Shown here: positions 1-14,719 of the stretch, one piece after another
Layout of the letters: every line of letters begins with the position of its first letter
How positions within the stretch are numbered: position 1 is the first letter of the stretch
Notes under the pieces: generated by a model
Database searches by the model: none
Told to the model about the DNA's origin: nothing
The model's input: the letters and a program-made list of their open reading frames with translations, nothing else
Assembly: GCA_963575745.1 (NCBI GenBank)
Contig: CAUYUJ010000251.1
Location: 62,001-116,313, forward strand
Reading direction: 5' to 3'
Source of the DNA: Prorocentrum cordatum
Lineage: Eukaryota
DNA: 54,313 nucleotides
Made by a program: the position numbers and the translations under genes

Positions 1-680
1 GAGCAAGGGGATGCTGGCTCCTTCAAAGGCGCCACCCTCCCACAGGTGGCAGGGTAGGTCGAGGAGACGGAAGGGTGAGGACGAGGAGAGGGGGGGCGGG
101 GAGGACAATGATGCAAGTGTCTCCGACGAATTCTGGTGATACTTTTGACTGGCACTGACACTGGCCGTTTGGGAGGCGGTGTCGAAGCTGCTTCGCTGTG
201 CCCCGCAGCACAATCCTCAACGGCTTGGCCGTTTCTCGGCCCCCGCCGACGGACTCCGCACGTGCCTGAGATACGCGCCAGGTGAGCCCATCTCTGCCAC
301 CTGCGGACAGCTCTAGTTCCCTTGGGCAAGAGGCAGGCAGGTCCTGAGGGAAGCGGGTCCTGGACCCAGGGGCGCCGTCCCCAGGACCAGCTCCTCATCC
401 TGAGTCCTTCTTGGCTGTCCTGGGGCCCCTGGAGAGCTTCGAAAAATGAACAATGCGAAACAACTCAGGACCGCTTCACTCAGGACCCCTTTTGATTCAC
501 GGCGATCCACGGGGGCCGAACACTGCCTGAGCAGTCTCTGGATCGAGTGGCCCACCTCCCCCCGCGCATCCGCTGCGGGGACAGCGCCCACGGACCCAAG
601 AAAGAACACGAATGGAAGTCGGTGGCGCTTAGGAGGGGGCGGGGCCTGAGAAGGGGGTGTCCTTCCGAAACGGGCTGAGC

Positions 681-1069
681 ATGATGACTATGATGATAAT
701 GCTGCTGGTGCTGATAATGATGCTGATGCCGATGCCGATGCTGAAGCTGCTGCTGATGCTGCTACTGGTGATGATGATGCTGATGATGATGATGATGATG
801 ATGCTGATGATGATGATGATGATGCTGCTGATGCTGATGCTGGTGCCGATGCCGAGGATGCTGATGCCGATGATGCCGCTGCTGCTGCTGCGGCTGATGA
901 TGATGCTGTTGATGCTGATGATGACAGGATGATGATGGTGATGATGATGCTGCTGATTATGATGATGATGACGATGATGATGATGATGATGATGCTGATG
1001 ATGATGCTGATGCTGATGATGATGATGATGATGCTGATGCTGATGCTGATGCTGATGATTATTGATGAC
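681..1069. repeat. (GAT)n/(GCT)n compound microsatellite
   Basis: Runs of gatgatgat mixed with gctgat; this explains the poly-Met/Leu ORFs. Confidence 0.95.
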
Positions 1070-1279
1070 GAGGGGGCGGGGCCTGAGAGGGAGGCGGCCA
1101 TCCGAAACGGGCGGGGGGGCACCCCCAGAGCGACCCCCGAAGGGCCTGATGAGGGCTCCCGTAGAATTCGTGGGCGCGCGAAGGTTCCTGGAAACCCGCC
1201 CCCCTCAATCGCGCCAACCCCCTCCCCCCCCCCCGCGCGTCACCTCGGAGGCCCCAGCCGCGATGTCGTGCTATCGCTG

Positions 1280-1553
1280 TTTTGTGTTATGACTGTGTGT
1301 ATGTGTGTGTGTGGTGTGTGTGTGTTGTTGGTGTTGTTGTTGCTGCTGTTGTTGTTGTGGTTGTTGTTGTTGTTGTTGTTGTGTGTGTGTGTGTTTGCTG
1401 TTGTTGTTGTTGGTGTTGTTGGTGTTGTTGTTGCTGTTGTTGTGGTTGTGGTTGTTGTCGTTGTCGTTGTTGTTGTTGTGGTTGTTGTTGTTGTTGTTGT
1501 TTTTGTGTGTGTGTGTGTGTGCGTGTGCGTGTGCGTGTGCGTGTGCGTGTGCG

Positions 1554-1593
<40 letters not shown>

Positions 1594-1835
1594 TGGGTGT
1601 GGGTGTGGGTGTGGGTGTGGGTAGGTGTGGGTGTGGGTGTGGGTGTGGGTGTGGGTGTGGGTGTGGGTGTGGGTGTGGGTGTGGGTGTGGGTGTGGGTGT
1701 GGGTGTGGGTGTGGGTGTGGGGGTGGGTGTGGGGGTGTGGGTGTGGGTGTGTGTGTGTGTGTGTGCGTGGCTTGTGTGTGTGTGTGCTGTGTGTAAGTGT
1801 GTATGTATGTTCGTGTTTGTTGTTTTTGTTGTTGG
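1280..1835. repeat. Compound GT-rich microsatellite: (GT)n, (GTT)n, (GTGTGC)n, (GGGTGT)n
   Basis: Read directly; the GGGTGT block spans about 1587-1750. Confidence 0.95.
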
Positions 1836-2699
1836 TGTGGGCACTCGGTCGCTGCTCCTTGCACGCGAGGGACGACCAAGCATGCCAATCCAGTGGAACT
1901 GTGAGTGACTAAACATGCAACAACAAAAAAACGATTGGTTCACAAACTCGTCGAACATGTTAATGCCGTTTTGGGGCATGCTGGCGTTGGCCTTCACGGG
2001 GCCACAGAAACCCCAAACGCGTCCTGGAAAAGGGGGTGATTAGTGGGCCCATGCCCCTCCCAATTTTGTTAAGTGTTGTTCAACTGATGTGTTGAATAAC
2101 ACGCGGGCACAACGCGCCGCCGTCCTTGTTTGGGACGCGCTTCTCGGAGTATTCCCCCCCACGCCGCTCGACGCGCGTCCCCTCCACCCCAGGCCGAATC
2201 TGATACGTCTTCTTGTGCCGCCGTCGGAGGCAACTACGGATCACAAGAGATTTGTTTTTTTTGAAGATGCCACAGAATATCCGGTGGGGGGGGGGGAAGT
2301 GCAGGCCGAAAACATCACCTTTTCGCTCTGGGCAGCCACGCGTTTGCCCGCGCGCACCAATACTGCGCACCCCTTTCGAACCTGCGCAACCGACAAGGTC
2401 AGGTTATCCTCGGCGGTGGACAAACCTCCCTTTAGTAAACCTCCCCTTAGTGAAAACGGCCTGGGACTGAAACCGGCGGACCTGGACCCGCAAAAATGAC
2501 GGCCGCGACGCCCTCTCGCGAACCGAAAACGGCCATTTCCTTAATCGACATGTCAGGGTAGGAGGTCTGCCCACCCCCGGTATCCAGGGGTGGAGGGTGT
2601 CGAAGTTGACCCAGCAGCATGTCACGAGCCAAACCTTGAGGTCTAAGACTGAGACCATGGTGACAACGTGGGGACGGCCGTCTTCAGCTCCTCTGGCGT

Positions 2700-3535
2700 C
2701 GGCCCGAGGAGGAGGAGATGGAGGAGGACAAGGAGGCTGTGGAGGAGGAGGAGGAAGAGGAAGAGGAACAGACTCTCTGGACTATGCGCTTGGGGGCACT
2801 GTGACGCATGTCGCTCGTATGCTAGCCCCTGCGACCGCTCGTTAAGAACGCTTGCGGAAAGAAGGGGAGGAGAAGGAGGACGGCGAGGAGAAGGATGTGG
2901 GGGAAGAGGAGCATGTGTACGACATGGGGAGGTGGGGGAGGAGAAGGAGGGAGGAGGAGGAGGAGGAGGAGGAGGAGGAGGAGGAGGAGAACGAGGAGGA
3001 GGAGGACGAGGAGGAAGAGGACAAGGAGGCTGTGGAGGAGGAGGACTTTCCAAGGGACTTTCCCAAACCGACGCTGTCGGGGCTGGAGAAGGAGGATGAG
3101 GAGGATTGGACTTTCTGGACTCTGCGCTTGGGGGCACTGTGCAGCCTGTCGCTCGTATTAGCCCCTGCGATCGCTCGTTAAGAAAGCCTGTGGTAAGAAG
3201 GGGAGGAGAACGATGTGTGAGAAGAGGAGCATGGGAACGATCTAGGGATGGGGGGAGGAGGAGGAGGAGGAGGAGGAGGAGGAGGAGGAGGAGGAGGAGG
3301 AGGAGGAGGAGGGGAGGAGGAGGAGGGGGAGGAGAAGGAAGAGGAGGAGAGGAGGAACACGAGGAGGAACAAGAGGAGGAGGAGGGAGAAGGAGGAGGAG
3401 GAGAACGAGGAGGAGGAAGAGAAAGAGGAGAAATAGGAGGAGGAGAAGGAGGAGGAGGAGAACGAGGAGGAGGAAGAGAAAGACGAGGAATAGGAGGAGG
3501 AGGAGGAGGAGGAGGAGGAGGAGGAGGTGGAGGAA
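2700..3535. repeat. (GGA)n low-complexity tract with an internal ~75-bp duplication
   Basis: GGA runs; tctggact(a/c)tgcgcttgggggcactgtg...gctcgttaagaa occurs at ~2776-2850 and ~3114-3185. Confidence 0.9.
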
Positions 3536-3700
3536 CAAGGAGGGCAGACCCCCCTCCCAGGACCGCGTGCCGCACACCTCCCCCCCCCGCCGACCACAGC
3601 GAGGTCCTCAGCGCCAGCGGGTCCTGCGCGCCGCGCCAGGCGCCCGCCGACCGCCAGGGAGCGCGGGGGGAGGGACTTTTCGGGACGCTGGCGAGGCCAG

Positions 3701-3812
3701 GCCGAGGAGAACGACGGCGAAGACGGCCACGAAGGCGGTGCTTCTCTGCCTCCGCTCCCTGAGGTCCTGGCGTCGCAATTGCTTTCGAGCCAAGCGTTGT
3801 TGAACAACTTCG
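3701..3812 (+). other. Possible isolated protein-coding exon (AEENDGEDGHEGGASLPPLPEVLASQLLSSQALLNNF)
   Basis: Non-repetitive open frame following a ccag|G acceptor-like site; no recognisable homology and the donor site is uncertain. Confidence 0.25.
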
Positions 3813-4356
3813 GGCCCCGGGGCCCTGACAGATCGATCCGGCCCGAAAATGACGCAGAAAGATGGGGTCCGGGTCTCTGGCCGTGATTTTTCGCGATGTT
3901 GCGTTTTTTCGAAACGTCGGATCTCAGGGCTGGCCGAGCGTCATCGCCACAGCGAGGGAGAGCATGGACTCCGCACGACTTCGCTGCGGCGGCTGCGGCG
4001 ACTGTGACGACGGGCCGCCAACGGGCGACGCTGGCCAACCGCCCTGGATGTGGGGGGGGGGCTACACCAGAAATGGGACGAATCCCAAACTGGTTCCAAT
4101 TCCAGCAGTTCGGAGCGAATTGCAACCAGACTGGTCCCAATTACAACCACTTGCTAATACGGAGTCTTCGAATTTGTGAGATAGTCAGAGATCTTCAGAG
4201 ATACTTATGGGTCTTCAATGATCTTCAGATATCTACTGGCCTTCGGCCGAACCCGCCACCGTGTGTGGGCTGTGGGCATGGGGCCCCGTGGCCCGATATG
4301 AGCATCTCATGGGGCGCCTCTAAGCGGCCTCTCGGAGGGCTCTTGGGAACAGGTTG

Positions 4357-6330
<1,974 letters not shown>

Positions 6331-6674
6331 TACTCCTGCTTTCATTCCCCATGTCCTAAGGTGGGGTTCTTGATGTTACTCTGACGCCTCCTACTCCTCA
6401 TCCTCCTCCTTCTCCTCTCCTCTCCTCCTCATGCCCAGACTTACGCATGCGCAGACTGGCTCACACTCAGACTTACTCATACCCAGACTTACTCACATAC
6501 AATATGATTCATACTTAGACCTACTCATACTCAGACCGACTCATACTCAGACCTACTCATGCTGAGACTCACTCATACCCAGACTTACTCATACTCAGGC
6601 CTTCTCATTGCCCGACTTACTCTACACACAGCAGGGTGTGAGGATGTCTCAGGCTGGGCGCTGGTTTCAGCACC

Positions 6675-7200
6675 CCAAAAAGGGAGCCGCCGAGGGGTAT
6701 GACACGGTCTCGTTCGCGGCAGTTTTGTGGGGATGTCTCAAGCGGTTTGCCTGTTTTCTGTCCCAACATCATTCGCTTTCGGAGCAGATCTGGAGGATGT
6801 CTCGAACGAAGCGCTCATTTCCACGCCCCTAAGGGGGGCCGCCGAGGGGTATGTCACGGTCCCGTTCGCTGCCGTTTTGCGGGGATGTCTCAAACGGTGT
6901 GCCTGATTTCTGTCCCAACATCATTTGCTTTCGGAGCAGATTTGGAGGATGTCTCGAGCGAGGCGTTCATTTGCACGCCCCTAAGGGGGGCCGCCGAGGG
7001 GTATGATGACACGGTCCCGTCCGCGGCCGTTTTGTGGGAATGCCTCAAGCGGTTTGCTTGCTGTCTGTCCCAACATCCGTCGCTTTCGGAGCAGATTTGG
7101 AGGATGTCTCGAGCGAGGCGCTCATGTTCACCCCCAGGTGGGACAGATGTTGAGGATGCCTCGTTCGGTTTGCCTGTTTTGGTGGCCAGACTCGTGGGCA
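6675..7200. repeat. Diverged ~152-bp tandem repeat (3+ units), related to the 9148 array
   Basis: The gccgccgaggggtat motif recurs at ~6680, ~6831 and ~6984; gttcgcg...gtctca...cccaacat is shared with the 9148 unit. Confidence 0.75.
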
Positions 7201-7209
7201 CAGGTTCTC

Positions 7210-7860
7210 TCATCAGGATGCCACAGGATGCTCCAACATGCTCTAGGAAGCCTCTGGGGACCACATGAGGTCCCAGGAGGCATCAGGATGCCACAGAACG
7301 ACTCAAGAGGCCACAAGATGTTTCAAGAGGCTCCAGGAGGCCCCAGGAAGCTCCAGGAGGCCTCAGGAAGCCACAGGAAGCCCCAGGATGCCACAGGACG
7401 CGCCAGGAGACGTCGGAAGGCGACAGGAGGCCCCGAGAGGCCCCAGGAGCAGGAGGCCTCAGAAGACAACAGGAGTGGCTCCAATCCCATGTGATTTACG
7501 TATGCTCCTATAGATTGGGCCTCACCTGGAGCACGAATCCTTGACGTTATACGTATGTTTCTATATATTGTCCTTCTCCTGCGAACGCAATCCTACATGG
7601 TTTACGTATGTTCCTATATGTTGGGCCTCCTCTGGGGCACGAATCCTTGGTGCTTTACGTATGTTCCTATAGATTGCCCTTCTCCTGTGGCTCCAATCCG
7701 CAATGTTGTATGTACGTCGGTTGCTATAGATTGGGCCTCTCCTGGGGCACGACGCCTCCCTGGGAGGTCCCAGGAGGCTCCAGGAGACCCCAAGGAGCTC
7801 CTGGAGGCCCCAGGAAGCCCCAGTAGGTTTCAGGAGGCCCCAGGAGGCCCCAGGCTCATG
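7210..7860. repeat. Degenerate ~10-bp (CCAGGAGGCC-like) and ~53-bp (tttacgtatgttcctatagattggg) repeats
   Basis: Read directly. Confidence 0.7.
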
Positions 7861-8038
7861 CGCAGAGACGCGCTCGTACTACTGAGGTTCATGCACACTC
7901 CAATTCATTCGCGGTTAGATTCATGACCAGACCGCCACAACTGAAGCACGTTTATAGTCGAAACCTCCTGCGCCTAGACATTCACGGCGTACAGGTTCAT
8001 GCGAATAGATGCACCTATGGGGAGCTCCACGCAGTGAA

Positions 8039-8112
8039 CTACTACTACTACTACTACTACTACTGCTACTACTACTGCTACTACCACTGCTACCACTACT
8101 AAAACAACTACA

Positions 8113-8164
<52 letters not shown>

Positions 8165-8165
8165 T

Positions 8166-8205
<40 letters not shown>

Positions 8206-8411
8206 TCTACGACTACGACTACGACTACGACTGCGACTACGACTACTATTGCTACTTCTGCTGCTCCTACTGCTACTCCTACTCCTACTACTACTGCTAG
8301 TACCACTGCGTCTTATTATCTTGCCATTGCCACTGCTATACCCACACTGCCACTACCACTACAACTGCCACTACCACTACAACTACTACTGCTACTACCA
8401 CTACTACCACC

Positions 8412-8456
<45 letters not shown>

Positions 8457-8489
8457 GCTACTACTACTACTACTACTACTACGACTACG

Positions 8490-8532
<43 letters not shown>

Positions 8533-8571
8533 GTAGTACTACTACTACTACTGCTACTGCTACGGCTGCTG

Positions 8572-8606
<35 letters not shown>

Positions 8607-8658
8607 GGTACTACTACTACTACTGTTACTACTACTACTACTACTACTACTGCTGCTG

Positions 8659-8698
<40 letters not shown>

Positions 8699-8733
8699 CC
8701 TTACTACAGCTACTACTACTAGTAGTACTATTA
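8039..8733. repeat. (CTA)n microsatellite
   Basis: Read directly. Confidence 0.97.
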
Positions 8734-8835
8734 TTCCCCATATCCTAAGGATTGGGGTTCTTGTTATTACTCTGACGCCTCCCACTGCTCCTCCTTCCTC
8801 CCGCTCGCGCCTCCCTCCTTTCAATGATAATCACC

Positions 8836-9090
8836 AGATAAGACAAGACAAGATAATATACTACAAGATAAGATAAGATAGCACAATATATGATAAGGTA
8901 AGATAAGATATATGACAAGGTAGGATAATATATAAGATAAGACAGCCTATGGAGTAATAAGATAAGACAAGATATGATGCGATAAGATGAGTTGATATAA
9001 GATAAGCTAAGACAAGATAAGAGATTTCAAGATAAGATAAGATAGAGGGTAATAAAGGTAAGATAAGATAGGACTCGATAAGATAAGATG
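8836..9090. repeat. Degenerate (GATAA)n pentanucleotide repeat
   Basis: Runs of agataagataag. Confidence 0.9.
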
Positions 9091-9147
9091 AGACTCACTC
9101 TCACTCAGACTCACTCACAGTCACATTCACTCACACTCACACTCTCT

Positions 9148-9995
9148 CATGATCACAAAACGCTGCCAGGGGCATCATTTGGGAGCCCCAAGGGGGAGCC
9201 ACCCTGGCTGATCTCACGAGCCCGTTCGCGCCGATTTGGTGGGACGTCTCAGCTAAAATTGCCGTTTGGCCTCCCCAACATGTCTCTCTTGAGAGCCTCA
9301 TGGTCACAAAACGCTGCCAGGGGCATCATTTGGGAGCCCCAAGGGGGAGCCACCCTGGCTGATCTCACGAGCCCGTTCGCGCCGATTTTGGTGGGACGTC
9401 TCAGCTAGAATTGCCGTTTGGCGCCCCCAACATGTATCTCTTGAGAGCCTCATGGTCGCAAAACGCTGCCAGGGGCATCATTTGGGAGCCCCAAGGGGGA
9501 GCCACCCTGGCTGATCTCACGAGCCCGTTCGCGCCGATTTTGGTGGGACGTCTCAGCTAAAATTGCCGTTTGGCCTCCCCAACATGTCTCTCTTGAGAGC
9601 CTCATGGTCACAAAACGCTGCCAGGGGCATCATTTGGGAGCCCCAAGGGGGAGCCACCCTGGCTGATCTCACGAGCCCGTTCGCGCCGATTTTGGTGGGA
9701 CGTCTCAGCTAAAATTGCCGTTGGCCTCCCCAACATGTCTCTCTTGAGAGCCTCATGGTCACAAAACGCTGCCAGGGGCATCATTTGGGAGCCCCAAGGG
9801 GGAGCCACCCTGGCTGATCTCACGAGCCCGTTCGCGCCGATTTTGGTGGGACGCCTCAGCTAGAATTGCCGTTTGGCGTCCCCAACATGTATCTCTTGAG
9901 AGCCTCATGGTCACAAAACGCTGCCAGGGGCATCATTTGGGAGCCCCAGGGGGGGTCCACCAGGGGCTTCATAGTCACCAAACGCTGCCAGGGGC
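9148..9995. repeat. 152-bp tandem satellite, 5 near-identical units plus partial copies
   Basis: Units start (catggtcacaaaacgctgccagggg) at 9148, 9299, 9451, 9603, 9754 and 9906. Confidence 0.97.
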
Positions 9996-10217
9996 AGCAT
10001 TTTGGCTCCCCAAAGAGGAGTCGACCCGGGCCTCCTAGTCGCCAGACACTGCCAGGGGCACCATTGGGATTCAGACTCGCACCCAGACTCACTCATACAC
10101 AAGCTCACTCACACTCAGATTCATTTCTTCAGAGTCAGGCACACACAGACGTACCCATACTCAGACTCACCCACACTCAGGCTCACCTAACCCAGACTCC
10201 GTCAGAAGCCAGTAGCG

Positions 10218-10231
10218 AAGAGAGCAGAGAG

Positions 10232-10280
<49 letters not shown>

Positions 10281-10363
10281 CGGGAGAGAGCGAGAGAGAG
10301 AGAGAGAGAGAGCGCGCGAACGCGAGCGCGAGCGCGAGCGCGAGCGCGAGCGCGAGCGCGAGC

Positions 10364-10395
<32 letters not shown>

Positions 10396-10668
10396 GCGAG
10401 CGAGAGAGAGAGAGAGCGAGGAAGAGAGAGAGAGAGAGAGGAAGATAGAGAGAGAGAGAAGGAGAGAAAGAGAGAGAGAGAGAGCAAGAGAGAGAGAGAG
10501 AGGAAGCGAGAGAGAGGGAGAGGAGAGAGAGAGAGAGAGAGCGGAGAGAGAGAGAGAGGGGGAGTTGAGAGAGGAGACAGGCGAGAGAAAGAGAAGAGAG
10601 AAGAGAAGAGAGAGAGAGAGAGAGAAGAGAGAAGAGAGAGAGAGAGAGAGAGAAGAGATAGAGATAGA

Positions 10669-10701
<33 letters not shown>

Positions 10702-10735
10702 AAGAAATGGAGAGGAGGGGGGGGGAGAGCGAGAT

Positions 10736-10772
<37 letters not shown>

Positions 10773-11185
10773 AGAGGAAGAGGAGAGAAGAGAAGCGAAG
10801 CGACGAGAAGAGAGAGATAGAGAGAGAGAGAGAGAGCGAGGAGACGAGGAGTAGAGAGAGATATGAGAGCAGAGAGAGAGAGAGAAGAGAGGAGCCGGAG
10901 AGCGAGCGAGGGAGAGCGAAATGAGAGCGAGAGAGAGCGATGTGAGAGCGATAGAGAGAGAGAGAGAGAGAGCGAGAGAGAGCGACAGAGAGCGAGCAGA
11001 GAGCAAGAGAGAGCGAGAGAGCGAAAGAAGAGAGGAGAAAGAAGAGAGAGACTGAGAGAGAAGATGAGAGAGAGAGAGAGCGAGGGAAGAGAGAGAGAGA
11101 GAGAGAGAGATAGAGAGAAAGAGAGAAAGAGAGAGAGAGAGATAGAGAGAGAGAAGAGAAGAAAAGAGAGAGGAAGCGAGAGAGC

Positions 11186-11218
<33 letters not shown>

Positions 11219-11250
11219 GAGAGAGCAGAGAGAGAATAGAGAGAAGAGAG

Positions 11251-11291
<41 letters not shown>

Positions 11292-11488
11292 GCAGACATA
11301 GAGGCAGAGAGAGAGAGAGGCACAGAGAGAGAGGCAGAGAGAGAGAGAGAGAGGCAGAGAGAGAGAGGCAGAGAGAGAGCAGCGAGAGAGAGAGAGATGC
11401 AGGAAGAGGGGGAAGAGGGCAGAGACAGAGAGAGGGCAGAGAAGAGGAGAGAGACCTCGAGAGCGAGGAGAGAGCGAGAGAGGAGAGG
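10218..11488. repeat. (GA)n polypurine tract, ~1.3 kb
   Basis: Read directly; source of the ER/SL ORFs. Confidence 0.97.
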
Positions 11489-11599
11489 CAGCGCAGCACA
11501 CTTAAATTCCAGGTTCGTCCTAACCGAGTGCCACCACCAAGGGAGAGCCAGCAAGGAGAGGCACATATGGGGGTCCCCACGCAGTGAATAATAATACTG

Positions 11600-12340
<741 letters not shown>

Positions 12341-12729
12341 ATCTCCTCCTCCTCTTCGGTTCTCCTCCCCCACCTCCGTCCTCCTCTTCCTCCGTCTTCC
12401 CTTCGCCCTCCCCCTGTCGCCCTCGTCGGCAAGCCAGTCGCGCCAGTCACGAAGACCGTGGCATTTCGGGGCGTCCACCCACTGTCCCAGCAGGGCATGG
12501 CCGCATGCGCGGGGCGACGTCCACTCGTGCCACACCTGCCACGCAAACCGAAAACGCATCGTGGTCGCAGTGGACATGGCCGCATGCGGGGCGGCGCCTC
12601 CGCCTCCTCCTCCTCTTCCTCCTCCTCCTCCTCCTCCTCCATCCGTCGTCCTTACAAACAGTTCCCTCCTCTCGCTCTTGGAGGTCACTCGAAAAGGCGG
12701 GCCGGGCGTTCCACCTGAGACCCCTTTAC

Positions 12730-13520
12730 CACTTATGGTCCTGAAACTTAAGAAGCTTGAAGGCAAATCCGCGGATGGAAGGCGGGCCGCATCCAAAAAA
12801 TGGCTCTCGCCTTGGCGCAGCGCAGGGCAAATAATCGCCAGAGTTTCACTCATTGCAGGAGGGTCGTTTTTAAAATGCGGCTGTCGCCTGAGCGCCGCGC
12901 ACATTCGGTTTAACAAATTGCAGGAGCTTCACGGATCGAGGGCGGGCCGTTTTCGAAATGTGGTTTTCGTCTCGGTGCCGCGCACGTTCGTTCAAAACGA
13001 TGTCAGAACTTGATGCGTTGATGGCGGGCCGTTCTTAGAATGTGTTTCCCGCCTTAGCGTTGCGTAATCCTGTATGACAGAATTCAAACATTTCACCCGT
13101 TGAGGGCGGGTCGTTTTCAACATGTGGTTCTCGCCTTCGCTCCACGCGCATTTGTTTCGAACAATTGTAACAATTCCACCCGTTGAGAGTGGCTCATGTT
13201 GAACATGTGGCTCTCGCCTTAGCGCCTCGCACCATTCGCTTGTAAAAACTTCGAAAGCGTTTCACGGACTCTCGTGGTTAACGTACCAAGAATTGTTTTT
13301 TTTTGAGCGATTCAGGATTTCCGGGGCGCAACAATTACGTTGATTCGCGGTGTTGAAGTCCGAGCAGTGGTGTTTTGGCACGAGTCCGGATCACCAAGAC
13401 GAAACACTGGTGTTGAAGTCTTGGGGGCGGTGTTTTGGCGCGGTGCAGGATTTTCGCACGGCTGTCCCCAGCGGGGCAACTCCCTCAGTGGACGTGGGCC
13501 TCTGTAAGGGCCTATGAACA
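12730..13520. repeat. Dispersed repeat built from ~80-bp degenerate units (copy A; copy B at ~40050-40640)
   Basis: gagggcgggccgttttcgaaatgtgg...ctcgcc units followed by ttgattc(g/t)cgg(t/c)gttgaa in both copies. Confidence 0.7.
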
Positions 13521-13699
13521 GGAAACTTGGTGGGAGGGTGCATTCCAACATTGTTGATGAGTCTTGGGTTCGCACTGGTCCTCGACCTCCTCCTCCCGCC
13601 TCTTCCCCCTCCCCGTCGTCCCCGACAAAGCCATGGCGTGTCGCGGGTCCGACGCGCCGCAATGCCATCGGGGGCGTTCTCGGGGCAACCCCAGACATG

Positions 13700-14430
13700 G
13701 GCCGAAAGCGGGGGGGGCCAAACGCCGTTCCCCCCGCGTCCACCAGGAGCTACAGCAGCCGCCAACCTGCCGACGGGGCGGAAGAAAAAAAGGAAGTGGA
13801 AGACGAAAAAGAAAGAAAGAGAGAGGCGCCAACTCACCGAAGCGCTGCTCCGCGAACAGCACTGACCACCGAAAGCGGCCAACCCCCATGCCTCCGTGGC
13901 TATTCCAACACCGCGGGACACTGGCCACCCCCAACGGACCTTCCGTGCGGGGCGAGCGGAGCGGGAAGGCGCATGGGTTACCAGGCGCACCCCCGCAGAC
14001 CCCCTTGCCTAAACAAGGTCAGGTGGAACCACGTCTCTGAACCGTGCCCAAAATGCCGACCCCCCTGACCACACCTGACACCACAAAGCGACGGGCAAGC
14101 AACAACAATGGCCAGAACCTGCCATCAATCCAGGCAGGTGCCGTACAGGCCAACGTGCACCCATCGCGAAAGACGGGATTGCGCCGACCCAAGGACGGGT
14201 GCCCTCGCGTGACCTCGAGGCCGGATCCCCGTGGGACCTGAGACGGCAGACCTGGCCACTTTGGGGGTCCACCCCAGCTGGTCCAGGGGTGCCGCCTCAG
14301 GCCCGACAAGGCATCGCCCCCCTGGCCCGCCGCGCCGCAAGCGACGTCTAGGCGGATTTCAGTGCACACCAGGGGACCCGATGCGCCGCCCACGCACCGA
14401 GGTACCGCCCTGGGGGCCCTCCACGTCCTC
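13700..14430. repeat. ~700-bp dispersed repeat (copy A; copy B at ~17220-17900)
   Basis: Collinear shared blocks cccccaacgg, gcgggaagg..catggg, cacccccgcagacc, ctgagacggcagacc and gcgacgtct.ggcgga.ttcagt.cac. Confidence 0.75.
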
Positions 14431-14719
14431 CCCCCTCCTCATCCTCCGCCTCCTCCTTCTCCTCCTCCTGTTCCTCCTCGTCCTCCTCCACCTCCCTCCT
14501 CTTCCTCCCCCACTCCTCTTTCTCCTCCTCCTCCTCCTCCTCCTCCTCCTCCTCCTCCTCCCCCTCCTCCTCTTCACCGCCACTCCTCCACCTCTTCCTT
14601 ATGCTCCTCTACACCCTCCACGTCCTGCAGGAACCCGACGCGCCGCGATCTCGCCCCCCCCCGCCCTCCTCATCCCTTCTGAACTTCCCTTCCTCTTCCT
14701 CCTCATCCTCGTCCTGCAC

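Larger units (their letters stand above)
6345..8038. mobile_element. Putative non-autonomous hairpin-ended element, copy 1, carrying a diverged ~152-bp array
   Basis: Left end ttccccatgtcctaaggtggggttcttgatgttactctgacgcctcc and right end gcacctatggggagctccacgcagtgaa both match the ends of 8734-11588; (CTA)n lies on both sides. Confidence 0.55.
8734..11588. mobile_element. Putative non-autonomous hairpin-ended element, copy 2, carrying (GATAA)n, the 152-bp satellite and (GA)n
   Basis: Left end ttccccatatcctaaggattggggttcttgttattactctgacgcctcc; right end gcacatatgggggtccccacgcagtgaa; (CTA)n on both sides. Confidence 0.55.

Noticed and set aside
9148..9995. CRISPR array or tRNA/5S gene cluster
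   Set aside because: Plain tandem units with no spacers and no recognisable tRNA or 5S motifs.
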